Shown in pieces: positions 28,401 to 38,189 of a stretch of DNA of 52,423 nucleotides. The number at the start of each line of letters is the position of its first letter. The first letter of the stretch is position 1. This stretch comes from Candidatus Poribacteria bacterium (lineage in GTDB: Bacteria > Poribacteria > WGA-4E > UBA9662): positions 1 through 52,423 of the forward strand of contig JAYZAL010000014.1 in assembly GCA_036339735.1 (NCBI GenBank), in the 5' to 3' direction. Under the pieces are notes generated by a model that did not search any database, was not told where the DNA came from, and was given only the letters and a program-made list of their open reading frames with translations. The position numbers and the translations under genes are program-made.

Positions 28401-31400
28401 GAACTACTTAAAGTTCTTTGTAATGCATTTCTCAAGTAGTCAACAGCCTGCTCAATAACTTGATTATTGAAAGAAATACCCGCTCGGCGTGCTTGAATCA
28501 AAGCCCATAAGTAACGAGCTGAGAGTCGTGGGTCACTAGAAGAACTTTCCTGTCGATCTGGCAAAAATACCCAATGCCAACCGCCATCTTCCCTTTGATT
28601 AGAAATTAGTCGAGATAACAGTTTCCATAGACTTTGACTTAATTGAACATTATCAGTTGGTGAACCTCCAACTTGTTGTAAGTATGCCAAGGCAGAGGCT
28701 ACAGATAACAAATCAGAACGGCGACTAGGTTGAATAACTTGTAATTGCCGAGATCGAAGAAAAAACGGCTGATTAGTGACCGCCAAATCATAAATTAGCC
28801 GATTGACCTGTTTACCTAATTGAATAGTCAATTTTGGATTGGTATAAGTTTTATCTGCGGGTAATTTAAGAAAGAGAGTTCGATTTTCTTTTGTCCAACC
28901 CGATTGACTAACTACATGGGGGATTCCCCAGGGACGGATCGGAATCTGAGTCCGAATTTCGTCTGACCACTTTTCACAATTAACCGTAATTCTGATTTCC
29001 AAGGTTTCGTCAGCTATATCAGACGGGATGTTTACCTCGATTGCTGGTAGTGTAAACTCGTTTACACTATTGGCTTCTAAATCAACTAATTGCGAAAAAG
29101 ACTGTAAATCAGTTTCTTCTCGTCCCTTAATTTCCCCTTGATCTATTAGTAATTGTAGACTAGCCATACCAGAAAAATTGGTTAGATTATGAACACTGAC
29201 TTCAGGTCTTATTTGATCACCTTCGACTAATAATGATGGGAGTTTAACTTGAAGGAAAAAGTCCTTTTGGGTCTTCAGGCTTAATTTACTTTCTCCAACT
29301 AACACATCTTTAGTACAACCAACTGCTCGCATATCCCACTGCGTACTTTTGTCAGGCAGATTAATAGAAAAAGTTGCCCTGCCATTTCTATCAGTTTGAA
29401 TAGATGGTATCCAAACAACTTGATTCAAAAAGTGTTCCCCAACATTTGGGATCACCAAATTCTGAGCTCGCAACAGTGAATCCACCTTCAGAGCACCGGT
29501 TCCTGAGTTATTTGCTTGGACTTTTCTGTTCCTTGCGGCCATTCGAGGTGCTGATGCTGTTTTAGCTATCTGGCTTTCCAACGTTGAAAATTTAGAGTTG
29601 GCTATCTCTTCATCGTTGGCATCACTGAATAGTAATTTTCTTAGTTCTTTCTGACCTTTGTCTCGTTCCTGAGCTAGTTTTTCCTCTACTTTTAGCCGAT
29701 CAGCTTCTTGTCGAATTGCTAGGGCAATTTTTTGGGTTCTAGGCTGGTAAGAAAATCCACAACTAGAAACAGTCCGAATCGAGTATGTACGACGACGATC
29801 AGCGTAGAAAAAACGATTGATTTCTAAAAGTGGATTTGGAAATATCTCCCATAATAAGGATTCGGTTAGGGACAGCGATAATTCAGCAGATACAGGTTGC
29901 CCTAGCTGATCTGTAGTCAAAATTTCGAATTTGCTGGATTGGCTTGGCTGATAAACTCCGAAATCGTTTTCTTGGTCGTCTATATTCTTTTTATGCTCAT
30001 TTTTGGGCTTAATTCGGATATGCAGATTTTTTTGGACAGAAAATTCTTTTTTTGTTGTTCTCAGCTGAGAACCTTCAATAGCAGAAACGGTAAGAAAAAA
30101 GTTGGGAAAGTAATCAGACGTAGAATGGAAAGTGATTGAATTCGCGCCTGATTGTAATTGAATAATTTGGTAATTAATAATTTTATCTGACTCAAAAGTA
30201 AGTAAGGCTGGTACTAATTTCTTGTTATTTACTTTTAATCTCGAATGAAGAGTGACAGTTTTTGGCTCTCCCAATTTAGTTTGTGTAGAGTTAGTAAAAA
30301 CACGTAGCCGAACACTATCGTCTTGATCAGAAATACTGAACTTACCTACAGCCACTACAGGTTGATTAAATTGATCACGACCTGTTGCCCGTAGGCGATA
30401 ATTGCCACCCTTCTTTATTTTAAAACGAAATATACTTTTACCTGTTTGAGATGACGTAGTTTGATTCATAGTAAGAATTCGAATCTCGGCTGGTTGAATT
30501 GGTGGTTGTAGGTCTAACCAGCTAAGTTCTTTGAATAGGTCATCCTTAACCGGTTTTGTCAAACGAAATAGGTCAAGTGTTATAGATTGATTGGTAGGTT
30601 CACCATCTAGAGCCTGGCAGGTTACCTCTATTTCAACTGTTTCTCCGGCTAATACCACCTGTGCTAAGGGGCGTGCAGTAAGTATAAAACCAACTGGTGC
30701 CAGTAGCACAGTAGCTGTATTAGAAGAATTTTCACTAGCTATATTAGCTGAGAAAACCAAGGCATGCGGTTTAAGATTGTCGATATAATAATGGGATTTC
30801 TTTTCAGTTAATGAGTGTGTGTCAAATAAAATTTTTATTTGACCATTTTCGTCAGCAATACTTGTAGCCGTTTTTCCATTAGGTAAGGAGTAGGTGATTT
30901 TAGCTCGAGGTACAGGCTGGCCATAGGTATACTTGGCGTTAATCATCGCCTCAATGGTCTCGCCTCGAAAGTAAATGTTTCGCTCAAAATCGAATTCTAG
31001 CCGAATGTTTGGTAATTGATAGTGTTGGACCAGAAACTGGCCGTTAAAAGTTGAACTAGAATTTCCAAAATTGAGTTGATCACCTTCTTCTTTTTTGGTG
31101 ACTGTGATACGGTACTGTCCAACTACTACCGTTGGATCCAAAGAAATCGATGACGAGAAAGTCCCAAAGGGCGTCAATACAACTGGCTGATTATAGATTT
31201 CTCGCCCTTGAGAGTCGATAACGAGAACATCGTACTCGGCATTTGGATTGATCACATATTTCCCATCTACCTCACGAATAATTCCGCGAATGGAAACTGT
31301 CTGGCCAGGTTGATAGACCGGCCGATCAGTGTAAATATAACCTTTAGCTGTTAATTCTCTTGGCCAATTCAAATCACCTATTTGCAACTGGTTAGTTGCG

Positions 31401-33655
31401 ATATGGTCTTCTTGGATAATCAGGATACTACTCAGATTAACTGATATATCACTATTGGTATCAAGACGGTATACCCCATCCTTACCAGTTAAACCTTGCT
31501 CAATTGATATATTCCCTACCACCTGTGAAGAGGCACTTCGTCTACTTGGATTATTACTTTGGTACTGAACCAAAACTTTGGCTCCTACTACTGGTTGTTG
31601 CCGTATCTGATTCTGCACAAATACTAAGGTTTCTTTTCGGGTCGTTTTAGCAATTAGCTCCAAATCTGAGCGAACAACTAACGTCGTTGACTCCAGCTCA
31701 CCATCTGAGACATGGACAGCGGAAATTCCAGCTTGACCCATTGGGATTCGTACTTTCTGGTCAATCAAGGCATATTTTCGATACGAATCAATTTGGTAAA
31801 ACCACGATTTATCAGGTTGTATCAATGCTAAATCTAGTTCTTCTATCCCTTTCAAAGTTCCCATTTTTCGCCAGTATACTTCAGGATTCAGTTTGTATAC
31901 ACTCACTTGTACTCGTTCGATATTTCGGGTCTTGAGTCGAACAGTTACTAGATCACCCGATCGAAAAACTTTCTCAGTTGAGAGTATCAACTGTTTTTCT
32001 TTCATCTGTTGAAGTTTTTGTTCGGCTTTTGTTTTCCAACTTCCCCAAGTGACACGACTGTAGGTTTCCATGGCCTTTGACAACTGCTTAAGCTCGTTTT
32101 CGTAAATCTGGCCTGTCTGGAATAAGGCATAGGAACTAGCTTCCGTTTTGGGGTATTTATTAATCAACTGTTCCCAAATAGAAATAGCTGACTGAAATTC
32201 TTGTTGGTTCAAAAAGATTTGACCTTTCAGCACTAAAATCTTGGCCACGCGATCATCCAGTGGATAACGTTTTTGGAACTGATCTAGAAACTCCAAGCCT
32301 TTTTGATAAGATTTGATTTCAATAGTTTTAGCCTCTGTTTCAGTCTGTGATCTTGATATTAAAGAAATCAAATGAATACCATTCTGGAATTCTGCGTCAA
32401 TAATACGTCTCTGAACCTGCGTCCACATAGGACCATTTGGGTAGTCCACTAGATAGCGATTCCAGTTATCAATAGCTGAAGAGAAATTTCTTTGATCAAA
32501 ATAGAGTTGGCCGAGCTGAAACCTAGCTTGCATGCACAGGTCATCTAAGTTGACACTCATCTTATTTATCGGTAAAACAACCACTGAACCATTTGTGCCC
32601 AAGAGATTAAAATCATCTAAAAAACTTTGATAAGCCGAAATCGCATTCTCGGTTTGTCCGATCGAATGATAAGCTTGACCAATTTCAAACGCTAGTTGGC
32701 CTGAACGCAGTTGTTTTTGATATTGGTCGATAAACTGTTTAGCAATATCAATACCTAATGCTACTTCTTGTTGATCTTTAGCTGATGGATCATTTTTCGT
32801 TTTTGGTAAATAGTAAGTACGAACAATTAAAAACTTTGCGGTCTGGATCAGTTCACTTTTGTCGTTCTCAGACTCGTCAAATAAATATCTCAATAAATTT
32901 GTCAAATTTTTACGGGCTATTAGCCGTTTGCCTTGATGAATTTGGCACACAGCCAAGTTAACCGTCGCTTTGAAAAATCGTTCATTGACTGGCAGTGATG
33001 GGTTAGCAGGAAAGGTCGTCAAGAGCTTTTGGTAGTCGCGTTCGGCCGCTATGTAATCACTTGCTAGTTGCATCATCCGTCCCATTTGAAACAGCACTTC
33101 ACTCTTGAGTTCACCATCAATTTCTACTTCCAAAGCCTGTTTATAAAAAGTATATGCTTGGAGGTAATCTTCCTTTTCTGGTTGGTCTGAGCTGATACCT
33201 TCAGACACTTCAATGGATTTTTTAGCAAAATCGACGTAGACTTGTGCAATCTGATTTTTTCTTTGTTTGGAAAGTAATCTTTCTAGTTCAGACCGGTAAA
33301 CTTGCTCTGCAGCGTCAAAATCGCCTAAACGAATATAGGCCTTAGCTTTCAAGAAAGCTGTCTTATGTTGCCAAGTCGAGTCAGGATAATTATCAAGTAA
33401 TTGATCACAAGCTTGCAGAGAAGACTTATATTTTTTTTGGTAAAAATAAGCCAAGGCTTTCAAGTACTGATGATGTACCGTAACCGAATCAAGAGCCTCA
33501 ATCTGTTGGATAGCTAATTGAAATTGCTCCGAGTGAAAGGAGGAACGTATCTGAGCCGATGAGTAATCAAGAAAACCATTAGAAGTAACTTCCGCTCCAG
33601 TGCTAACTGATAGTAAATATAAAAACAGCAATAAAGCGAATTTACCTTTGTTCAT
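25478..33655 (-). CDS. Giant TPR-containing alpha-2-macroglobulin family protein (2725 aa)
   Basis: Signal peptide and N-terminal TPR/BamD-like repeats (L...YP...), MG2 motif YTDRPVYQPGQTV, A2M motif W.PSIQTDRNGRATFSINLPD..TQW, QREDGGWHW, DFLPTG, then a second TPR block near the C-terminus. Confidence 0.88.
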   Translation of the reverse strand: MNKGKFALLLFLYLLSVSTGAEVTSNGFLDYSSAQIRSSFHSEQFQLAIQQIEALDSVTVHHQYLKALAYFYQKKYKSSLQACDQLLDNYPDSTWQHKTAFLKAKAYIRLGDFDAAEQVYRSELERLLSKQRKNQIAQVYVDFAKKSIEVSEGISSDQPEKEDYLQAYTFYKQALEVEIDGELKSEVLFQMGRMMQLASDYIAAERDYQKLLTTFPANPSLPVNERFFKATVNLAVCQIHQGKRLIARKNLTNLLRYLFDESENDKSELIQTAKFLIVRTYYLPKTKNDPSAKDQQEVALGIDIAKQFIDQYQKQLRSGQLAFEIGQAYHSIGQTENAISAYQSFLDDFNLLGTNGSVVVLPINKMSVNLDDLCMQARFQLGQLYFDQRNFSSAIDNWNRYLVDYPNGPMWTQVQRRIIDAEFQNGIHLISLISRSQTETEAKTIEIKSYQKGLEFLDQFQKRYPLDDRVAKILVLKGQIFLNQQEFQSAISIWEQLINKYPKTEASSYALFQTGQIYENELKQLSKAMETYSRVTWGSWKTKAEQKLQQMKEKQLILSTEKVFRSGDLVTVRLKTRNIERVQVSVYKLNPEVYWRKMGTLKGIEELDLALIQPDKSWFYQIDSYRKYALIDQKVRIPMGQAGISAVHVSDGELESTTLVVRSDLELIAKTTRKETLVFVQNQIRQQPVVGAKVLVQYQSNNPSRRSASSQVVGNISIEQGLTGKDGVYRLDTNSDISVNLSSILIIQEDHIATNQLQIGDLNWPRELTAKGYIYTDRPVYQPGQTVSIRGIIREVDGKYVINPNAEYDVLVIDSQGREIYNQPVVLTPFGTFSSSISLDPTVVVGQYRITVTKKEEGDQLNFGNSSSTFNGQFLVQHYQLPNIRLEFDFERNIYFRGETIEAMINAKYTYGQPVPRAKITYSLPNGKTATSIADENGQIKILFDTHSLTEKKSHYYIDNLKPHALVFSANIASENSSNTATVLLAPVGFILTARPLAQVVLAGETVEIEVTCQALDGEPTNQSITLDLFRLTKPVKDDLFKELSWLDLQPPIQPAEIRILTMNQTTSSQTGKSIFRFKIKKGGNYRLRATGRDQFNQPVVAVGKFSISDQDDSVRLRVFTNSTQTKLGEPKTVTLHSRLKVNNKKLVPALLTFESDKIINYQIIQLQSGANSITFHSTSDYFPNFFLTVSAIEGSQLRTTKKEFSVQKNLHIRIKPKNEHKKNIDDQENDFGVYQPSQSSKFEILTTDQLGQPVSAELSLSLTESLLWEIFPNPLLEINRFFYADRRRTYSIRTVSSCGFSYQPRTQKIALAIRQEADRLKVEEKLAQERDKGQKELRKLLFSDANDEEIANSKFSTLESQIAKTASAPRMAARNRKVQANNSGTGALKVDSLLRAQNLVIPNVGEHFLNQVVWIPSIQTDRNGRATFSINLPDKSTQWDMRAVGCTKDVLVGESKLSLKTQKDFFLQVKLPSLLVEGDQIRPEVSVHNLTNFSGMASLQLLIDQGEIKGREETDLQSFSQLVDLEANSVNEFTLPAIEVNIPSDIADETLEIRITVNCEKWSDEIRTQIPIRPWGIPHVVSQSGWTKENRTLFLKLPADKTYTNPKLTIQLGKQVNRLIYDLAVTNQPFFLRSRQLQVIQPSRRSDLLSVASALAYLQQVGGSPTDNVQLSQSLWKLLSRLISNQREDGGWHWVFLPDRQESSSSDPRLSARYLWALIQARRAGISFNNQVIEQAVDYLRNALQRTLSSSTRKSDEQAAILLHALTIPKTTQSQVISQTDFSIANRLYRNRNRLSDRAKSYTALALVNMKRLDMADQILSLLPSLQNRVDLETLAISSLAKQGINKTDQKQEIEAQIRLLLSHQGSPGFWLNQDIIVTVLANYFGRNQFADEDYNLRVLVNGEVLTDDLEQETSLFEIEVPSEKWIKSSVHQELSCQVEFQLQGYGSYAYLVTLSGFSDQFLNQSAKSTKDVSSIKKNYYYPELTYHGKPIGVKSTANLKNLHLGQHMEVRIQIPVDLMTSLGSDADGFIIDDFLPTGAVMVDNSLKGDFIHAEVLAGYVRFYFPPKQKSQKRAGMFSIHYQLAGYLPGSYKILPTIIHPLGYQDLRPNRTFTNQTIIAGDKLVILDSDTSLVSIDSTDSVARELELLNRREKFVLGKHYFNDSKYSLAFPLLSQLRNQYPHYNTSEIARMLMWIYTDTTYSEQQNLATNDLTNSQQLVEVFEALRESQPSLFVPLERIQIIANAYRQIEEFERSMLVHQATINASFKRDIKVSGDIADRQQFEDSIRFASDLWLAYPDTPVTTNTYFGITQMLVNQASSSPTESVSLRLQALNRLEAFRTLYPMDPLADDAALSQINLLLDLEDYDNATLVAQQSTEIFADSQFLSSFQYMKSLAAFYQNNFQQAIESATLIADSNSENKNLAQYILGQIFHARNQPEKAIQWYQKIESVYSDAQESIEYFQQQKLSIPEVTIKQPQTPKILDLTYRNIDKVQIEIYQVDLMKLFLRQNSLSQMNQIRLAGVEPQLKIEVQLDHSKPYIDHKKQFELDLPHIGAYLIICRGDQTNSSSSQFTSGLLLVTPLEIAVQTIDDRLRVYLKDTVTGQYQPRVHLKAIGSESRKFVSGQTDMRGVFLIDGLIGQPTVIAKLNVDNSKAVAYAFYRGKERIGSVQKRESNKKQMGKSQTTNYRMNLNRSQESIQQSNIQKFEKLRRSKEQGIQMQYAY

Positions 33656-33660
33656 ATTAT

Positions 33661-34485
33661 TCAGATAAAGAAAGCGAAGATTGCTACTAATAGGCAGTAG
33701 TATGAAAATACAAAAAATTTGGCTTTAGCGATTAAGGTCAATAGCAAACGAAGAGCGATAAGGCCAATCAAAAACGATGTACCTATACCTACAGAAACTG
33801 CAGCTAGAGAACTGACTGTGGAGATATCGCCTATTTTAAGTACAACAGCCCCGAGAATAGCTGGAATTGAAAGCAAGAAAGAGAATTCTGCAGCCATGAC
33901 TGGACGAACGCCTAACAACAAGGCTGTCGAAATAGTAGCTCCAGAACGCGAAATGCCCGGAACAACGGCTAAACCCTGTACCATCCCAATCAAAAAAGCA
34001 TGCCAAACCTTGAGCTCCGGCTCACTCTGAAATTTTGATTGGTTAGGCTTTCGAGATCGAAGCCTCGGCAGTTGTAACAAGGAGGCAGTTACCAATAACA
34101 TTAAGGATACAGATTTCGGCTGACTAAAGAAATAATTTATCTGATCATTTAGCAAAAGGCCGATAATCCCGGTTGGGATCGTTGCTATGAATAATAGGCC
34201 GACCATTCGTTGTGCCGAGGAGACTTGTCTCGTAACGAAATATTTTAAGGTGCCTGAAATAAACTCTTTCACTAAGTGAAAGATCGATTTCCGATAAACG
34301 GCTAGGATTGCCCCCAGTGTACCTACGTGTAACATAATATCAAAAAAGATATTAGCTTGACTGAAACCCAACATATGGTGGAAAAGCACCAAGTGCCCGG
34401 AGCTACTTACTGGTAGGAACTCTGTTAAGCCTTGTAAGGCTCCTAGCAGAGCCGCCTTGATAACTTCGTCTAATCGTTGACTCAC
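33661..34485 (-). CDS. uppP: Undecaprenyl-diphosphate phosphatase
   Basis: QGLTEFLPVSSSGHL, PGISRSGATI, AEFSFLLSIP. Confidence 0.95.
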   Translation of the reverse strand: MSQRLDEVIKAALLGALQGLTEFLPVSSSGHLVLFHHMLGFSQANIFFDIMLHVGTLGAILAVYRKSIFHLVKEFISGTLKYFVTRQVSSAQRMVGLLFIATIPTGIIGLLLNDQINYFFSQPKSVSLMLLVTASLLQLPRLRSRKPNQSKFQSEPELKVWHAFLIGMVQGLAVVPGISRSGATISTALLLGVRPVMAAEFSFLLSIPAILGAVVLKIGDISTVSSLAAVSVGIGTSFLIGLIALRLLLTLIAKAKFFVFSYYCLLVAIFAFFI

Positions 34486-36086
34486 GAAATAGTGAAGGTA
34501 GCGATTTGCTCACCACTCTCTTTATAACCAATACGGATGGCTTTGGTGCGAATAGTAGTGGTACCTGAAGTCAATCGTATTGGTTCGGTATAGAGATTCC
34601 AATGATTACTATCCTTAATTTGATAAGCTATCGATGCTCCTTGTGTAGAACAGTTTAGCTGAACTAGAATCGGAACGTCGTAGGTTCCTCCAACATCAGT
34701 TGCTGATTGGCCGGGATGATGATCACTGTGCGGCGCAATTGGGATCATGACTGGCTTAGCCGTCTGTTGCTGCTTACCTTCTGGGTACCATTGCCGAACC
34801 ATGATTTCCTCGGGAATTTGACCCATCTTATCATACTTAGCCTGCCATTTTTCCATCTCTTGTCGCATTTTAGAAAGTTGATCTATGAAATCTGGGTTCT
34901 GAACTAAATTATTCAGTTCGTGAGGATCGGTAGCTGTATCGTAAAGCTCTTCTGGTAGCCTTTTTTGGAACATGACTTTTTGATGGCCTTCAAGTTTGTC
35001 CTCAGCCTTAAGTCTCCACAACTCTTGCATAATTGGGTGCCGATTTCTATAAGGTACCCAAACTAGCCTTTCTTTATTGGGATAATAATTGCGAATATAC
35101 TTGAATCTCCGGTCTCTTACAGCTCTCACCATATCATATGATTCATCATATCTATCTCTAGTTGCATAAGCGTACTGCCTCTCAACTTTATGAGATCCCA
35201 AAAAAGGTTGACCGTGCATATGCGTTGGTAACGGAATTCCAGCTAAAGAGAGCACCGTCGGTCCCAAGTCGATTAAGCTGACAAGTTGCTCGTTGACACT
35301 ACCTGGCTCAAGACTTCCTGGATACCGGACAATTAATGGAATTCGAATTCCGGCATCATAAGGCCAGCGTTTAGCACGAGGCAAACCTTCTCCATGATCG
35401 CTCCAAATCATAACTATCGTGTTATCAGTTAGTCCATCTTCATCTAATTGCTGCAGCAGGTTGCCTACAATTTGGTCGCTAACTTCGAGATTATCGTAGT
35501 GTCTAGCTAAAGCACGTCTAGATTTGGGGGTGTCAGGTAAATAAGGCGGAAGCTTAATTGCTGTAGGATCAGTTTTAACTGGTTGGCTATCTTCTTTTTC
35601 CCACATACCACTTTCATGTGTACCCGTAGGATTAAAAACAGCAAAAAATGGTTGATCTTTTCTTATTCTGTTCCGCCAGTGCGCATCAGGGTGGCATTCA
35701 TCCCAGGCAGTGATAGGTGCAGAAAATTGATAATCAGTTTTTGCATTATTGGTACAGAAATAACCCGCTACCCTCAGGTATTCTGTAAATGTTTTGACGT
35801 ATGGCGGTGGTACAGCTGCATAAGGTGTTGGCAGACCGGGTGCGTCTTCATTGGTGTGTGTCGTTCGCATGTGATGAGTACCAATGGCGGTTGGGTACAT
35901 ACCAGTGATAATGGCAGACCGACTAGGAGCACAAACCCCCGCGACTGAAAAAGCGTTAGGAAATCGACAGCTCTGAGCCGCCAGTTTATCCAAATTCGGT
36001 GTCCGAGCTATTTCATCGCCATAACAACCAAAACGTGGACTCGTATCCTCTAAAGAAATCCATAATATGTTGGGTTGATTTAACAT
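34482..36086 (-). CDS. Sulfatase with C-terminal FN3-associated/chitobiase-like domain
   Basis: PNILWI..ED, CAPSRSAIITG (CxPxR), SDHG, EELYD...DPHE; tail LNCSTQGASIAY...LYTEPI...TKAIRIGY. Confidence 0.93.
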   Translation of the reverse strand: MLNQPNILWISLEDTSPRFGCYGDEIARTPNLDKLAAQSCRFPNAFSVAGVCAPSRSAIITGMYPTAIGTHHMRTTHTNEDAPGLPTPYAAVPPPYVKTFTEYLRVAGYFCTNNAKTDYQFSAPITAWDECHPDAHWRNRIRKDQPFFAVFNPTGTHESGMWEKEDSQPVKTDPTAIKLPPYLPDTPKSRRALARHYDNLEVSDQIVGNLLQQLDEDGLTDNTIVMIWSDHGEGLPRAKRWPYDAGIRIPLIVRYPGSLEPGSVNEQLVSLIDLGPTVLSLAGIPLPTHMHGQPFLGSHKVERQYAYATRDRYDESYDMVRAVRDRRFKYIRNYYPNKERLVWVPYRNRHPIMQELWRLKAEDKLEGHQKVMFQKRLPEELYDTATDPHELNNLVQNPDFIDQLSKMRQEMEKWQAKYDKMGQIPEEIMVRQWYPEGKQQQTAKPVMIPIAPHSDHHPGQSATDVGGTYDVPILVQLNCSTQGASIAYQIKDSNHWNLYTEPIRLTSGTTTIRTKAIRIGYKESGEQIATFTIS

Positions 36087-36102
36087 AGTTCATTATTCTA
36101 GC

Positions 36103-37122
36103 TTAGTCGATCGGCACTTCTATCTCACGTTTTTCTTCCCATGATCTTACGATAGCATCAATGACTCGCATGGCTTGCAAGCCGTCGCGCCCACTCGGTT
36201 GAGGTTCTCGACCTGCCACTAAATCTTTGGCCCAGGCATCCATCCGAAGCGCAAATGTTCCATCAAATGCTAATTGTTCCATACGGAATATCGAAGGTCG
36301 ATATTCTTGTACAACCTGATCATCTCTCCGAAGTAAAGTTGCTTTACTGAGAACATTATCGACAACGATCTCGCCTTTATCACCACAAATCTCTAACCGT
36401 TCGATAGGATGTATGAAGTCACTATCCCAGCTTGCTAACAAAGTAGACACTGCATTATCGGCAAACCGAAGTGAAATTGCCATACTCGTGTAACATGCTG
36501 TCTCACCTTCAGGAACATCGTCTATTCTAGGTCTGGCCATCTGAGCGCAAACAGCGACGATTTCACCACCAAACCAGCGCAGAAGGTCAATGGCGTGCGT
36601 TTGCAGCTCGTAAAGTAAGTAGTATTCACCTTTCCAAGAGTGGGTCATTCCCCCTTGTGAAAGCTTCATATCGATGTAAGCTAAACGGCCACATTCACCA
36701 GCATCAAACCATTGTCTAGCCTTAGCATATCCGGGAGCAAAGCGGCGATTATAGTCCATTGATAAATAGACACCTTTCTCCTTAGCCTTTTCCACCATTT
36801 GTTCAGCTTCATCTAACGATAAAGACAGAGGTTTTTCACACAAGACATGCTTGCCAGCTTCTAAACACTCCATCACAGGTTGGAAATGTAGATGGTCAGC
36901 TGTTACCACATCAACGGCGTCACATTCTTCATTGGATAACATTTCTGAAATGGATGGGTACCAACGCTCAATACCCAATTCTTTGGCTCTTTGTTCAGCC
37001 TTTTCAACATCCATATCGCAGACTGCAACTAATTCCGTTTCTGGACAAGCAAGGTGGCCTTTCTGATGACGTAAGCCAACGCCACCACAACCGACCGCAG
37101 TAATTCTCAATTTTTCTGCCAT
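36103..37122 (-). CDS. Gfo/Idh/MocA family oxidoreductase
   Basis: VGCGGVG, LVAVCD, GKHVLCEKP, NRRF, HAIDLLRW. Confidence 0.92.
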   Translation of the reverse strand: MAEKLRITAVGCGGVGLRHQKGHLACPETELVAVCDMDVEKAEQRAKELGIERWYPSISEMLSNEECDAVDVVTADHLHFQPVMECLEAGKHVLCEKPLSLSLDEAEQMVEKAKEKGVYLSMDYNRRFAPGYAKARQWFDAGECGRLAYIDMKLSQGGMTHSWKGEYYLLYELQTHAIDLLRWFGGEIVAVCAQMARPRIDDVPEGETACYTSMAISLRFADNAVSTLLASWDSDFIHPIERLEICGDKGEIVVDNVLSKATLLRRDDQVVQEYRPSIFRMEQLAFDGTFALRMDAWAKDLVAGREPQPSGRDGLQAMRVIDAIVRSWEEKREIEVPID

Positions 37123-37402
37123 GACTCAACTCTCCTATCCTAATTTAAAGACACAAAGATTTTATCTTATAACCGGTTAATATCGAATATAGTAACAAGG
37201 AATGAGATAATTCAGAATGAAAAATCTCATAAATGCTAATTTAGCTATTAATGAATAAAATTTCAAATTTGTGCGATCGCCCAAATTTTTCTTGATTGAA
37301 GCGATTGAAAAAAGAGATAAACAACAATACACTAAATGTGGTGATTCATTTAGCTGGAACGTGTCTCTGAACATAATATACCAAATGATAGGGTGAATGG
37401 GG

Positions 37403-38188
37403 ATGAAAAGAATAAATAACATCGAATCTGAGATTAAATTTTTGAAAAAACAACTAAAAACTCACACAGTCTACGAAAATTTAAGAACCATAGAAGATAT
37501 AAAGATTTTCATGGAAAATCATGTTTTTGCTGTCTGGGATTTTATGTCTCTGCTAAAATTTCTTCAAACTAAGCTAACTACCGTAAAACTGCCATGGATC
37601 CCAAAACCCAACCCAACCCTAGCCAGATTTATAAATGAGATTGTCTATCAAGAAGAAACTGATACTAATGAGGTTGGGACACCGAAGAGCCATTTTGAAA
37701 TGTATTTGGACGCCATGGATCAAATTGGTGCCAAAACAAGCTCTATAGAAGAATTCATTCAACTCGTTGGTGAAGGACATTCAGTTAGCTCTTCATTAAA
37801 CAAAGTTGATATCAACAAGGGTACTGCTGAATTCGTAAAATTCACCTTCCAATTAATCGAAAGTCAAGAAACACACCTAGTTGCTTCAGCTTTCACCTTC
37901 GGTAGGGAGGACATAATTCCATATATGTTTCTAGAAATTCTCAAAAAAGCTGACTCAGAAAAACAACAATCTACTAAGCTAGCTTATTACCTAGAGAGAC
38001 ACATTGAGCTGGATGGAGACGAACATGGCCCTATGGCACTCGAGATGATTTCAGAACTATGTGGTTCGAGTTCTTCGAAATGGAAACAGGTCACCGATGT
38101 CGCCAAAGAGTGCCTAGAAAGGAGGATTCAACTATGGGATACCATCTCAGAAGAGATTAAGGTAAAAGGTTCTTACTCCAAAAAATGA
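37403..38188 (+). CDS. DUF3050 family heme-oxygenase-like protein
   Basis: FMENHVFAVWDFMSLLK, INEIV..EETD, SHFEMYL.AM, FTFGRED.IP, YYLERHIELDGDEHGP. Confidence 0.85.
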   Translation: MKRINNIESEIKFLKKQLKTHTVYENLRTIEDIKIFMENHVFAVWDFMSLLKFLQTKLTTVKLPWIPKPNPTLARFINEIVYQEETDTNEVGTPKSHFEMYLDAMDQIGAKTSSIEEFIQLVGEGHSVSSSLNKVDINKGTAEFVKFTFQLIESQETHLVASAFTFGREDIIPYMFLEILKKADSEKQQSTKLAYYLERHIELDGDEHGPMALEMISELCGSSSSKWKQVTDVAKECLERRIQLWDTISEEIKVKGSYSKK

Positions 38189-38189
38189 T

